64,000 nt of DNA from an uncultured Spirochaetaceae bacterium. GTDB taxonomy: Bacteria; Myxococcota_A; UBA9160; UBA4427. The notes under the pieces were generated by a model. It was not told the DNA's origin and ran no database searches. It saw only the letters and a program-made list of their open reading frames with translations. Shown one piece after another: positions 37,587-46,592 of the stretch. The position numbers and the translations under genes were made by a program. The DNA is taken from NCBI GenBank assembly GCA_964435795.1, contig CAYTAT010000030.1:876-64875 (forward strand), in the 5' to 3' direction. Each line of letters begins with the position of its first letter. Position 1 is the first letter of the stretch.

Positions 37587-40361
37587 ATGTCGATCAGAAG
37601 GAAAATCAGCTGGGGCGGCCTCTTCTTGGCCTGCCTGCTACTGGCGGGGCAGAGTGCGCTTGCGGCTCCTCGGGCATTCTTCTGTCCCGTTGACGACGGG
37701 CTCTGCAACTGTCTGCCCTCGGGCCCCGATGCCAATTGGATCGTGAACTGGGCTGACCCCACCAACTTGCCTCTTACCTGGGACCTCTGCCTGCGAACCG
37801 ACGAGGACGCGACGACGACGGGCATAAAATGTAGCGACGGTGATGGCGACGAACTCTGCGGTTGGAGGGTCGATCTGGAGAGCGTCAGTATCGCCATTCA
37901 GGCTTTCACGCCAACTTCGGCAACGGTTACGGGCGTTGGCTACAGCCTGACGAGTTCCACCCTCTCGATCAGCTGGGTAGATGCCGACGAACCCATGAGT
38001 GCAGGAACCGATCACCACCTGGGCGCCGTGGAGTTCTCGCCCCTCCACAGCACCGGTGAAATGAGTTCGCTCGCTACCAGCGAGGCCGTGGATGCGGATC
38101 TGGATCCGGTGGTGATTTCGATGGATCACGGCCGTCTGGTCCCCGAGCCCTCGCAGGGCCTGCTGCTTGGCGCGGGGCTCCTCGGTCTCCTGGGCCTGGC
38201 GCGACGCCGTCGATGTGCCGGGTCGGTCGCGGGGTTGCTCCTCGCGCTCCTGCTGATGACTCCGGCACGGGCGGATATCGTGGGGAGCAGTTGGCAACTC
38301 ACGAATCAGGAACTGGGCCATACCGACTTGGAGTTCGGGCATCGGAGCCTGGTGGGAATCGGTGATGTCAACGGCGATGGCGTCGAGGATCTCGCCGTGG
38401 GGCTTCCCTCCGCGGAAGCCGGACAGGGCGCCGTGTTGATCGTGATGATGAAGCGCGACGGGACGGTCTGGCGCTCCCAGCGCATTGGGGCCGGAATCGG
38501 AGGCTTCAATGGGGCCCTCGGCTCGGGCGCACTCTTCGGTCTGGCCGTTGCGTCTCTGGGAGATCCGGACGGGGCGGCGGGTCCCCTCACAGGACTTCTG
38601 GCGGTCGCCGCGCCCGGCGATGGCACGGTGTGGTTGCTCGGTTTAGGCGTCGGTTCGGGAGTGGGCCGCGAGGTCGAGATCGTGACGGAGGCTGGTTTCG
38701 CGTGGGCGGATACGGCTATTCGCGCCCTGGCGAACGCTGGGGATCTCGATGGCAACGGATCGAATGATCTGGCCGTGGGTCGGCCGGGCGATGGCAGGGG
38801 TTGCGAGGGACTCGCAGTCGCCTGCGGCACGGTGGAAATCGTCCTCCTCGGTCCCAGCGGTAACAGCCTGGGTATGCATTTGCTGCAGAGCGGGAACAAT
38901 GGGATGCCGATCCTCGCCGCGAACGAAGCATTTGGGAGCGCCATTGCGGGCGTGGGCGATGTGGATGGCAACGGTGTGCCGGACCTCGCGGTGGGAACTC
39001 CCGGCCATTCCGGAGCCAACGGCGGCCTGTTGATTCTGACTTTCGCTTTGCCTCCCCAGGTCTTGTCGAGTCAGCGGATCGATATCGATTCGGTGGGCTT
39101 TTCACCCTTTCAGCCCCTCATGGGCGCGCTGGGTCAGAGCCTCATATCCCTTCCAGATCTGGATAGCAACGGAGTTGACGATCTTGCCGTGGGCATCCCG
39201 GCCGTTTCGGGAGTCGCCAGCGGTGAAGGCGCAGTGGTTTTCATCATGCTGGATGCCCTGAGCGGTATCGAGTCGATCGCCGTACTCGATTCCGCCTCCC
39301 TCGAACTCCCCCAAGCATTCGGAGACGGGACTGGATTCGGCGAGGCCCTGGCCACGACCCTGGCCCCGGACATGGGCTCGCATCGAGTCTTCGTGGGCAG
39401 CATCTCAAGCGGGATCGGGGGCCTGCCCGACATCCGTGCATTTCTCCTCTCGGATCAGGACGCCGATCTGCATCCGGATTTTGCCGACAATTGCCCGACG
39501 CTGCGGAATACCCTGCAGGCGGATGGCGACGGGGACGGCGTGGGGAACTATTGCGACAACTGTCCATTCATTCTGAATGACGACCAGTCCGACGTTGATT
39601 TCGACGGCCGCGGCGATCGCTGCGAACCGGCGCGGATCATTCTCACGGATGAGACTGTGGGTGGTGGCACCCCGGCCTGGAAATTGGAACTCGAGTGTGG
39701 GGCCTACGAGGTGACGGATCTCGTCGCGGCCCTGGTTGCGTCTGGGCAGAACGGAGTCGCCCTGAGTTGGATGAGCAGCCTCACCTTTGGAGGTGGCTGT
39801 GAAGCCCCCCTGGGCTTGGGGGGGCAGGGCTGTAGTTCGAATCCCGACCTTGGAGCCACCGTGGACGCCGGGACGTCGGGGGCATTCATGACGGATTCGA
39901 GCGGATCGTTCGGAGTGCTCCCGACCCTGAAAGAATCGACGATGTACGTCCAGCTGGCCGGAAACTCAGGCGCTGCGGCAGTGGACCTCTGCGCCCCCAA
40001 CGGAGGCAGGGTTCTGCTGGGCAACCTCAGCGCAAATGCCCCGGCCCCTGGAAGCGGAGAAGACGCCTATCTGACCCTGAGGATGGATGGTCATAATGGC
40101 GCCTTCGGCGTCGGCCCGATCGAGGGCGGCATCCCGGCCCTGGTCGTCCCCATCCAGACGGTGGACTTCGAGGTGGTGAATGTTTCCGAAGTCGCAGCTG
40201 TTTCCGGCGGATTCCATGCCCCGATTACCTGGAGCCCCGAGAAGGCGGATGCTGATCCGAGCATTACGAAGTCCCCCGTTGAGCGTTTTCCCTGGCTGGA
40301 CCTCGATTTTCAGGTTGGCGAGGGTGCCATCTTTGGCGCGCCGCGAGGGGGCCACAGATGA
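37587..40361 (+). CDS. Secreted multidomain protein: N-terminal domain + internal PEP-CTERM + second signal peptide + FG-GAP repeats + TSP3 Ca-binding repeats + C-terminal beta domain
   Basis: Signal ending SALA; VPEPSQGLLLGAGLLGLLGLARRRR; FG-GAP repeats GDVNGDGVEDLAVG, GDLDGNGSNDLAVG, GDVDGNGVPDLAVG, DLDSNGVDDLAVG; TSP3 DNCP...QADGDGDGVGNYCDNCP. Start may be 37560. Confidence 0.85.
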   Translation: MSIRRKISWGGLFLACLLLAGQSALAAPRAFFCPVDDGLCNCLPSGPDANWIVNWADPTNLPLTWDLCLRTDEDATTTGIKCSDGDGDELCGWRVDLESVSIAIQAFTPTSATVTGVGYSLTSSTLSISWVDADEPMSAGTDHHLGAVEFSPLHSTGEMSSLATSEAVDADLDPVVISMDHGRLVPEPSQGLLLGAGLLGLLGLARRRRCAGSVAGLLLALLLMTPARADIVGSSWQLTNQELGHTDLEFGHRSLVGIGDVNGDGVEDLAVGLPSAEAGQGAVLIVMMKRDGTVWRSQRIGAGIGGFNGALGSGALFGLAVASLGDPDGAAGPLTGLLAVAAPGDGTVWLLGLGVGSGVGREVEIVTEAGFAWADTAIRALANAGDLDGNGSNDLAVGRPGDGRGCEGLAVACGTVEIVLLGPSGNSLGMHLLQSGNNGMPILAANEAFGSAIAGVGDVDGNGVPDLAVGTPGHSGANGGLLILTFALPPQVLSSQRIDIDSVGFSPFQPLMGALGQSLISLPDLDSNGVDDLAVGIPAVSGVASGEGAVVFIMLDALSGIESIAVLDSASLELPQAFGDGTGFGEALATTLAPDMGSHRVFVGSISSGIGGLPDIRAFLLSDQDADLHPDFADNCPTLRNTLQADGDGDGVGNYCDNCPFILNDDQSDVDFDGRGDRCEPARIILTDETVGGGTPAWKLELECGAYEVTDLVAALVASGQNGVALSWMSSLTFGGGCEAPLGLGGQGCSSNPDLGATVDAGTSGAFMTDSSGSFGVLPTLKESTMYVQLAGNSGAAAVDLCAPNGGRVLLGNLSANAPAPGSGEDAYLTLRMDGHNGAFGVGPIEGGIPALVVPIQTVDFEVVNVSEVAAVSGGFHAPITWSPEKADADPSITKSPVERFPWLDLDFQVGEGAIFGAPRGGHR

Positions 40362-41422
40362 GCGGGTCGAAGCGCTTGCGATTCTCCGCGGCGGCGTCGA
40401 AACCGTCTCTCATGCGGGCTCTGCTCCTTCTGGTTCCCTTCTTCCTTTTTCAGGGGCCTGCGGCGGGGGCGCCGGTCAATGTCGACATCACTCTGACCCC
40501 CTTGGCGGGCGAAAGTCTTTCGTCCGTGACGACCTGGGAACTCTGCTTTACGGCGGATGCGCCGATCCATCGCCTGTCGGTCGGCGTCGAGGCTCCCACG
40601 GGCTACGGGGGCTCAATGACTTGGAATGGCTGCGACGTCTCAGAATCGGTCGGCTGGTTGAGTTGTCGGGCCTCGGGAACTCTGCCCTATACGAGTGTCG
40701 ACGCCTCGAATTCTTTCGCCGAGGAATATTCGGGCAGGCTTTTTGTCTCGCTGTCGGGGAATCTGGGAGTCGCGGATGGGAAGCTGAACCCCATGATCAA
40801 TACCCCGGTCTGTGTGGCCCGACTGATCTTCAGCACGGGCCTCAATACCGAGTTGCCCACCTCGGATATGCCCTCCTTGCTCTCGCCGACCTATCCGGAT
40901 CTCAGCGCCTCCCCGGCGACCCTGCAGTGGCCCTATCCGATTGCCCCCTCGGACCCCTGTGAGGAGCCGGTAATCGTCGATGGGGAACTCTCGTTCTGTC
41001 TCCCGCCGGCGGATGGCGCCTTCTATACGCCTACGGCTGCGAATACTCGTGCGGACGATCAGGACGGCGATTTGAGGAGAGACGAGGAAGACAACTGTCA
41101 GTACACTGCGAACGAATTGCAGGAGGATGAGGGTGGTCTTGAGACCAACTCGGCGGATGGGGCGGGGGATGTTTGCCAGTGTGGCGAGGGGGAGGGAACC
41201 GGCTCGATTTTTCCGCAACCCACTGAAGATGACCTCTCCAACATGCTCCAATATCTCAGGGAAGGAACCGCCACCGGTTTTGATGTCGGGCGATGTACCG
41301 TCGCCAGCGCATCGAATTTGCTGGGCTGCAGCATCCACGATGCCGTGGTATTGGATCGGGCCCTGCGCGCTGCTTTTTCTGAAGAGTTGGAAAACGCCTG
41401 CGAGGCCTACAACCCTCCCTAG
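40358..41422 (+). CDS. Secreted protein with beta domain, TSP3-like repeat and dockerin-like C-terminus
   Basis: Signal ending PAAGA; DQDGDLRRDEEDNC; DGAGDVCQCGEGEGTG...DDLSNMLQYL...CSIHDAVVLDRAL; ATGA overlap with the upstream gene. Confidence 0.75.
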   Translation: MSGSKRLRFSAAASKPSLMRALLLLVPFFLFQGPAAGAPVNVDITLTPLAGESLSSVTTWELCFTADAPIHRLSVGVEAPTGYGGSMTWNGCDVSESVGWLSCRASGTLPYTSVDASNSFAEEYSGRLFVSLSGNLGVADGKLNPMINTPVCVARLIFSTGLNTELPTSDMPSLLSPTYPDLSASPATLQWPYPIAPSDPCEEPVIVDGELSFCLPPADGAFYTPTAANTRADDQDGDLRRDEEDNCQYTANELQEDEGGLETNSADGAGDVCQCGEGEGTGSIFPQPTEDDLSNMLQYLREGTATGFDVGRCTVASASNLLGCSIHDAVVLDRALRAAFSEELENACEAYNPP

Positions 41423-41423
41423 A

Positions 41424-44400
41424 GTGAATTCCCCTGGCGCAAGCGGGGGACATGCGCTCGCTATCGATTTCCGGAGTTCCGCCGCATATGCGGTCCGCGG
41501 AGTGGCGCTTTGCTGGGGATTACTGCTGCTCTTCGGCTTCCCCCAGCGGGCCTCGGCCCAGTCGCCGTCCAATATCGACTGGGGGGGACTCGAGACGGCG
41601 ATTGCCACGGATGGCAGTCTCCTGGGAGTTCCGAAAACGCCCGTGGCGCCCGTGGAGGGGGATCCCCATCTCTACGAGATTTCGGACGCCCTCGGGCAGC
41701 GTCTGGGCAGCAATCTTTTTCATAGCTTCGAGTCTTTCGACCTGAGCGGCGAAGACACGGCCCGCTTCATCGGCGCAGCGGCGTCGAACGTCATCAGTCG
41801 CATCACGGGGGGCGCGGCCTCGCGCATCGATGGCAAAATCGAATCCCGGATATCGGCCGCCGACGGATCCGACGCAACTCTCTATCTGCTGAATTCCTCG
41901 GGCATTCTCTTCGGTCCCTCGGGCGAATTCGACACCGCGTCCGTGGCCCTGGCGACGGCGGATCGCCTGCGCTTTGACGCGGGCATCTTCGCCACCTCGC
42001 CGCAGTCGCCGGATACTCCGGGGATCGAATGCTGTGCGGGAGAACCGATCGCATTCGAATTCGACGGCGCTTCCTCGGCCCGGATCGATTTCGATGGCCG
42101 GGCCGAGGGCCAGAAAGCTCTCTACCGCTGGGAAGACGGCGGCTCGCTCCAGATCGTCGCCTCCGAGATTCGGGTCGAGGGTACGGATCTTCAGACGGAG
42201 GGTGGAACCCTCTACTTTTCGGCCGTCGGTTCGAATGCGGGGTCGATTCCTCTGGGGCTCAGCGGGGATTTTTTAGCGCCTCCCGTTCAGCCGGAAGCCG
42301 GGGCGATCGAGGTGTCGGATGGGAGCCTGCTTTCCACCCTCGCGACCGGGAACTCAAACGGGCGCGTGGTTCTGCGCGCCGGTCAACTGGTCTTCGAAGA
42401 CAGCTCCGGGATCGAAGCCGGCGGAGACGGCCAGGGCGTGGCGATCGATCTGGTGGCCAGCCAATCCATCCGCATCTGGAACCGTTCGCGATTGGTCGAT
42501 GAGGGTGCCCCCACGAGCGATTTTGGAGGTGCGGAGGGTATTCGCCTGGAGGCCCCGAGAATCGAAATCGCGAAGCAGAGTTGGTTGGCCTCGGGCTCCC
42601 AGGCGAGTACCTGGGCGGGCCCCATCCGCATCCTGGCGCAGGAGAGTTTCCATTTGGGAAGCGCGGAGGTGATACGCGATCGTTCCTATATTCGCTCGAG
42701 GACCTCGGCCGACAGGCCGGGTGGGGAGATCCTGATCGAGGCCGGTTTCCTGAGCCTGGCCTCCGGCGCCAGCATCCAGAGCGAGGCCAGCCGGTTTGCG
42801 ACGGCTCGGGCTCCGGGGATTCGCGTCGAGGCCGAGACGATTTCCATGCGGGGGGAGTCCATGATCTCCTCGGTGAGCAAGGCTTCCTCCCCGGGCGGCG
42901 ACCTGCACCTGATCGCGTCGTCGGCCCTCGAGTTGGTCGACGGATCGGTGCTGAAGACGCGGCCCGATGGCAGCGGCGATGCGGGTTCGATCGAGGTGGA
43001 TGCCGGTTCGCTTTCCCTGGTCGACGGTTCGCAGATTTCCTCGGAGACGGATGGCGAGGGCGCTCCAGGGGATATCGCGCTTCGGGTCGAGGGGCAGTTG
43101 CTCGTTTCGGGGGTGAAGGAATACGACCCCGGAGTGGTCGCCCAGGCGGGAATCCTGGCCCGCACCCTGGACTTGGCCCCCGCCGGCGTGGAGGGTGGAG
43201 ATATCGAGATCGACGCGGGTAGTCTCGAGGTGAGCGAGGGCGGGCTGATCTCGGTTCGTGGCTTCGGGTTGGCGAGTGCCGGAAATATCGACATCGATGT
43301 GATCTCGAGCCTGCGCGTCTCCGGTGAATCGGGTGGCGAGGCCTCGAGGTCCAGCGAAATATCGGCCCGGGGAGTGCGCGGGGGAAGTGGCGATATCGTG
43401 TTGAAGGCCGAAGAAGTCGAGGTGCTCGCCGGTGCGGCGGTGAGTGCCACCACCACGGACAGCGGAAATGCGGGTGATGTGGAGATCACCGCGGATCTTC
43501 TGCGGGTATCCGGTCATTCAATTCCCCGCGGATCGGTGGATCCCCAGCCCTCGGGCATCTATGCGGAGTCGACATCGCCGATCGCGGACGCGCTTGCGGA
43601 GGTTGGAGGGGCGGCGGGCAGTCTCATCCTGCATCTCCAGGAGGGCCTGGAGGTTAGTGATTCGGGGAAGCTGTCGGTGCGCACTCATGGAGGGGGGGCG
43701 GCGGGAGTATTGGAAGTGACGGTTGCACGGGGTTCGATCGCGATTTTTAACGACGGCCTCCTGCTCTCGGAGTCTCTATCCCGTGCCGGCGGGGCCGGGG
43801 CTGCGGGAAATATTCTTCTCTCCGCCGCCGGAAACCTGGCCGTCAGATCGGGAGGACGCCTGGAAGCCACGACCGCCAATGTGGACGCGGGTGATATTCG
43901 CCTGGATGCGGGCGGATCCGTCAGCCTGGTCGACGCTCTGGTGAGCACCAACTCCGATCTGAAATTGGGAGGCAATATCCACCTCGACGCCGTCGAAAAA
44001 GTGGAGGTGATCCGCAGCGCGATCGAGACGAATGTGGGGGGGGCGGGGGACGGGGGCAATATCTGGATCGGGCAGGGAAGGGTCGACCCCCCCGAACCGC
44101 CGCGCTACGCGGTGTTGGCCGATGGCCGGGTGACGGCGACCGCGGAAGCGGGAAGGGGCGGTTTTATCGAGATTGCGGCCGACCACTATCTGAAATCCGT
44201 GGGGAGCCGGGTGGATGCTTCCTCGGAACTCGGGGAAGACGGCGAGGTCGAGGTGGCGGCGCCGGAAGTTCGCGTCGGGGGGAATATCGTACCCCTCGAG
44301 GTCGCCTATCTCGACCTGGATCGCCTGCTGGCCCGTCCCTGTGCTGCCCGCAGCCAGTCGGATCGCAGTTCCCTGACCGTCGGGGGACGCCCGGGCATCC

Positions 44401-44609
44401 CGGCTGATCCGGAGGGGATGCTGCCGTCTCCCATTCTGATGGTTGCCGATGAGCTCCCGGAAGCGAGTCGCGCAGCGCGGGAGAGACTCGCTTCCGGGCT
44501 CGGCGTTGCCGCTCCGAGACCGCACGCCGCGGCATTCAATCAGGGCCCCGGAGTCGGTTTTCTGCCCGGCTTCCATCCCAGGAGTACGTGTTCGACGGGC
44601 CTGCGGTAG
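41424..44609 (+). CDS. Filamentous-haemagglutinin N-terminal (TPS) domain beta-helix exoprotein
   Basis: Signal ending RASA; GSNLFHSFESFDL, NVISRITGGAASRIDGKI, LYLLNSSGILFG; many GG/AG-x-I-x-I-x-A repeats; C-terminal ASSELGEDGEVEV...PCAAR...GRPGIP. Start uncertain. Confidence 0.88.
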   Translation: MNSPGASGGHALAIDFRSSAAYAVRGVALCWGLLLLFGFPQRASAQSPSNIDWGGLETAIATDGSLLGVPKTPVAPVEGDPHLYEISDALGQRLGSNLFHSFESFDLSGEDTARFIGAAASNVISRITGGAASRIDGKIESRISAADGSDATLYLLNSSGILFGPSGEFDTASVALATADRLRFDAGIFATSPQSPDTPGIECCAGEPIAFEFDGASSARIDFDGRAEGQKALYRWEDGGSLQIVASEIRVEGTDLQTEGGTLYFSAVGSNAGSIPLGLSGDFLAPPVQPEAGAIEVSDGSLLSTLATGNSNGRVVLRAGQLVFEDSSGIEAGGDGQGVAIDLVASQSIRIWNRSRLVDEGAPTSDFGGAEGIRLEAPRIEIAKQSWLASGSQASTWAGPIRILAQESFHLGSAEVIRDRSYIRSRTSADRPGGEILIEAGFLSLASGASIQSEASRFATARAPGIRVEAETISMRGESMISSVSKASSPGGDLHLIASSALELVDGSVLKTRPDGSGDAGSIEVDAGSLSLVDGSQISSETDGEGAPGDIALRVEGQLLVSGVKEYDPGVVAQAGILARTLDLAPAGVEGGDIEIDAGSLEVSEGGLISVRGFGLASAGNIDIDVISSLRVSGESGGEASRSSEISARGVRGGSGDIVLKAEEVEVLAGAAVSATTTDSGNAGDVEITADLLRVSGHSIPRGSVDPQPSGIYAESTSPIADALAEVGGAAGSLILHLQEGLEVSDSGKLSVRTHGGGAAGVLEVTVARGSIAIFNDGLLLSESLSRAGGAGAAGNILLSAAGNLAVRSGGRLEATTANVDAGDIRLDAGGSVSLVDALVSTNSDLKLGGNIHLDAVEKVEVIRSAIETNVGGAGDGGNIWIGQGRVDPPEPPRYAVLADGRVTATAEAGRGGFIEIAADHYLKSVGSRVDASSELGEDGEVEVAAPEVRVGGNIVPLEVAYLDLDRLLARPCAARSQSDRSSLTVGGRPGIPADPEGMLPSPILMVADELPEASRAARERLASGLGVAAPRPHAAAFNQGPGVGFLPGFHPRSTCSTGLR

Positions 44610-46216
44610 CGCTCTCTGCCCTCACTCGCCGGAATCCTCAACTCGAAATCCCGATAGAAATAGTAGTTGACCACCCAGGGGTGGGTTCGCGGTACGTCGA
44701 CGGGAAAGGGGATTTCCCGACCGGCCGCCACGCGCGCCCGGAGATCCTCGTGCAGGGCTGCAACGGGGGAGAGATGATCCGCGTAGGCGAGGGGGAGCAG
44801 GCCCCGAAGCAGCCCGTAGGCGATGAAGAGTGCGAGCAATCCGGCGGCGAGGGCAGCCGAGAGAAGCTCTCCGAATCGCCTGCGCGCCAGGAGCAGAACG
44901 CCGAGGATCGCCCCGGCCAGGAGCACCGCCCCGGGCAGGGGAGCGACGATCCGGTGGGCACGCCAATTCGTCGGCATCGGGATCCCGTAGGCATCCTGGC
45001 CAAATGGGTTGTAATCCCAGATGCGGGGCTCGACCCAGTAGACCAGGGAGAGTACGACCGAAATTCCGAGCAGGCCCCAGATCGTGATCCCGGAACGAGT
45101 CGAGAGCTTCGCCAGCCAGATTCCCACGAGTGCGGCGAGGAATGGATAGGCGTGAACGATATACCAGGGTCCGACCTTGGAAATGCCGACGTAGAAGACG
45201 AGGATCGTCAAGGCGTAGATCAGCACGATGCGGATACCGTCTCGTCGCCTCGCTTCTTCTTCCCGGAATCCGCGCCCGATGCCGAGGGCGGCGACGATCG
45301 CGAGGGGATAGAGGAGGACGTGGGGGAAGCTTCCGAAGAGCATCTTCTGGGCGTAGTAGAGCCCCCTTCCCAGCATCCCCCCGGCTGGGCTCATCGCAAA
45401 TCCCCCCCCCGCCTGATGCCCTACTGCCGCCAGCACTCCCTCGAATTGGTCCGGGTAATGGATCATCTGAAATACATGCCAAAGAACTCCGAGGGGGAGG
45501 ATCAGCAGCCCGGTTCTCAGCCAACTGCCGAAGCCCGCCCGGCAACGGGGAATCAGTCCGAAGCAGACCAGCTCGGCCGCCACGGGCAGGAATACCGTAG
45601 GGGCTTTCAGGTTGAAGAGGAGGACGATAAAGAGATGATGAAGCCACCATCCCCGATTCGAATCGTCCACTCGGCGAATGAAGAGGTAGGTCGAGCAGAC
45701 CAGGAAGAAGCAGACGCTGGGCTCCAATTCTCCAGTGCGAGCTGAATGCAGGTAGAGAAATTGAAAGGTCGTCAGGAATATCAGTGCCGCGGCAAATGCG
45801 GCGCTTCTTCCGGCCAGGTAGAGGACCAGCCTATAGACGCCCAGAACTGCCAGCAGAGCCGAGATCCCCGAGAGGATTCGCATGCTGAGCATGCTCTTGC
45901 CCAGCAGCGAGGCGATTCCAGCGCGGATCCAATATTGAAGAGGCGCATTGGCGAACGTGTCGTAGACGTAGACCGAAGCTCCTGAACGTAATTCGAAGAA
46001 GTTCCCACTCTCCAGCATGCCGAGCGCGATATCCTGATAGAAGGCTTCATCGCTCCCCACGACTCCGTAGCGGCCCATTCCCAGGAAGATCAGGGGAATC
46101 GAGAGCAAGATGATCGTGCTGACGGCCACCCGCGGAGTGGGAACCGGAACCTTGGGGCATCCGTGCGGCATTTTCGGCATGGAAAAGGGGATCTGCCTCT
46201 CGTCGTCCGCCCGCAT
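44540..46216 (-). CDS. ArnT/PMT-like (GT39/GT83) membrane glycosyltransferase
   Basis: DEAFYQDIALGMLESGNF, PLQYW, SMRILSGI and ARTGELEP motifs; many TM helices. True start may be 46180 or 46171. Confidence 0.8.
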   Translation of the reverse strand: MRADDERQIPFSMPKMPHGCPKVPVPTPRVAVSTIILLSIPLIFLGMGRYGVVGSDEAFYQDIALGMLESGNFFELRSGASVYVYDTFANAPLQYWIRAGIASLLGKSMLSMRILSGISALLAVLGVYRLVLYLAGRSAAFAAALIFLTTFQFLYLHSARTGELEPSVCFFLVCSTYLFIRRVDDSNRGWWLHHLFIVLLFNLKAPTVFLPVAAELVCFGLIPRCRAGFGSWLRTGLLILPLGVLWHVFQMIHYPDQFEGVLAAVGHQAGGGFAMSPAGGMLGRGLYYAQKMLFGSFPHVLLYPLAIVAALGIGRGFREEEARRRDGIRIVLIYALTILVFYVGISKVGPWYIVHAYPFLAALVGIWLAKLSTRSGITIWGLLGISVVLSLVYWVEPRIWDYNPFGQDAYGIPMPTNWRAHRIVAPLPGAVLLAGAILGVLLLARRRFGELLSAALAAGLLALFIAYGLLRGLLPLAYADHLSPVAALHEDLRARVAAGREIPFPVDVPRTHPWVVNYYFYRDFELRIPASEGRERYRRPVEHVLLGWKPGRKPTPGP

Positions 46217-46515
46217 CGGCTAGAGCGTCGAAGCGGCCATTTCGGGAGAAGAAGGTCTGGCAATCATGGGTGGTAACTCCGAAGGCTTCGGCGTCGTCAT
46301 GATCGGCATGGAGACGCCCGGAATGAACGGAGGGGAAGAGGCTCTCAGCATCGGGGAAGAAGGCTACTCGGCCCGACCGGTTCTTTCGAGTGACTGCGCG
46401 AGGGGTCTCGATGAGATACTCGCTGCGGACTGACTTTTCGATGATTTCATGCCAGAAACCCTATCGAATCCAGAAACTCTGCCAGCTCATTTCCAGGATG
46501 ATCGAAGAGCCTTGA
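46212..46515 (+). pseudogene. Decayed response-regulator receiver (REC) domain
   Basis: Reads RIG*SVEAAISGEEGLAIM...FGVVMIGMETPGMNGGE...VLSS...D*LFDDFM, then after a +1 frameshift QKPYRIQKLCQLISRMI. Stops at 46221 and 46431; the phospho-Asp position is Gly. Confidence 0.7.
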
Positions 46516-46592
46516 GAAGACGAACTGTCCCGGTCAAGCCCGCTTTCCCGCTCGTCGGGGGCAGCCTCCCACTCGATCTCTTCGAACGGCTT

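Noticed and set aside
44540-44609. 70-bp convergent overlap between the FHA gene and the glycosyltransferase as a regulatory feature
   Set aside because: Both tails are low-complexity; short 3' overlaps are common in GC-rich genomes.
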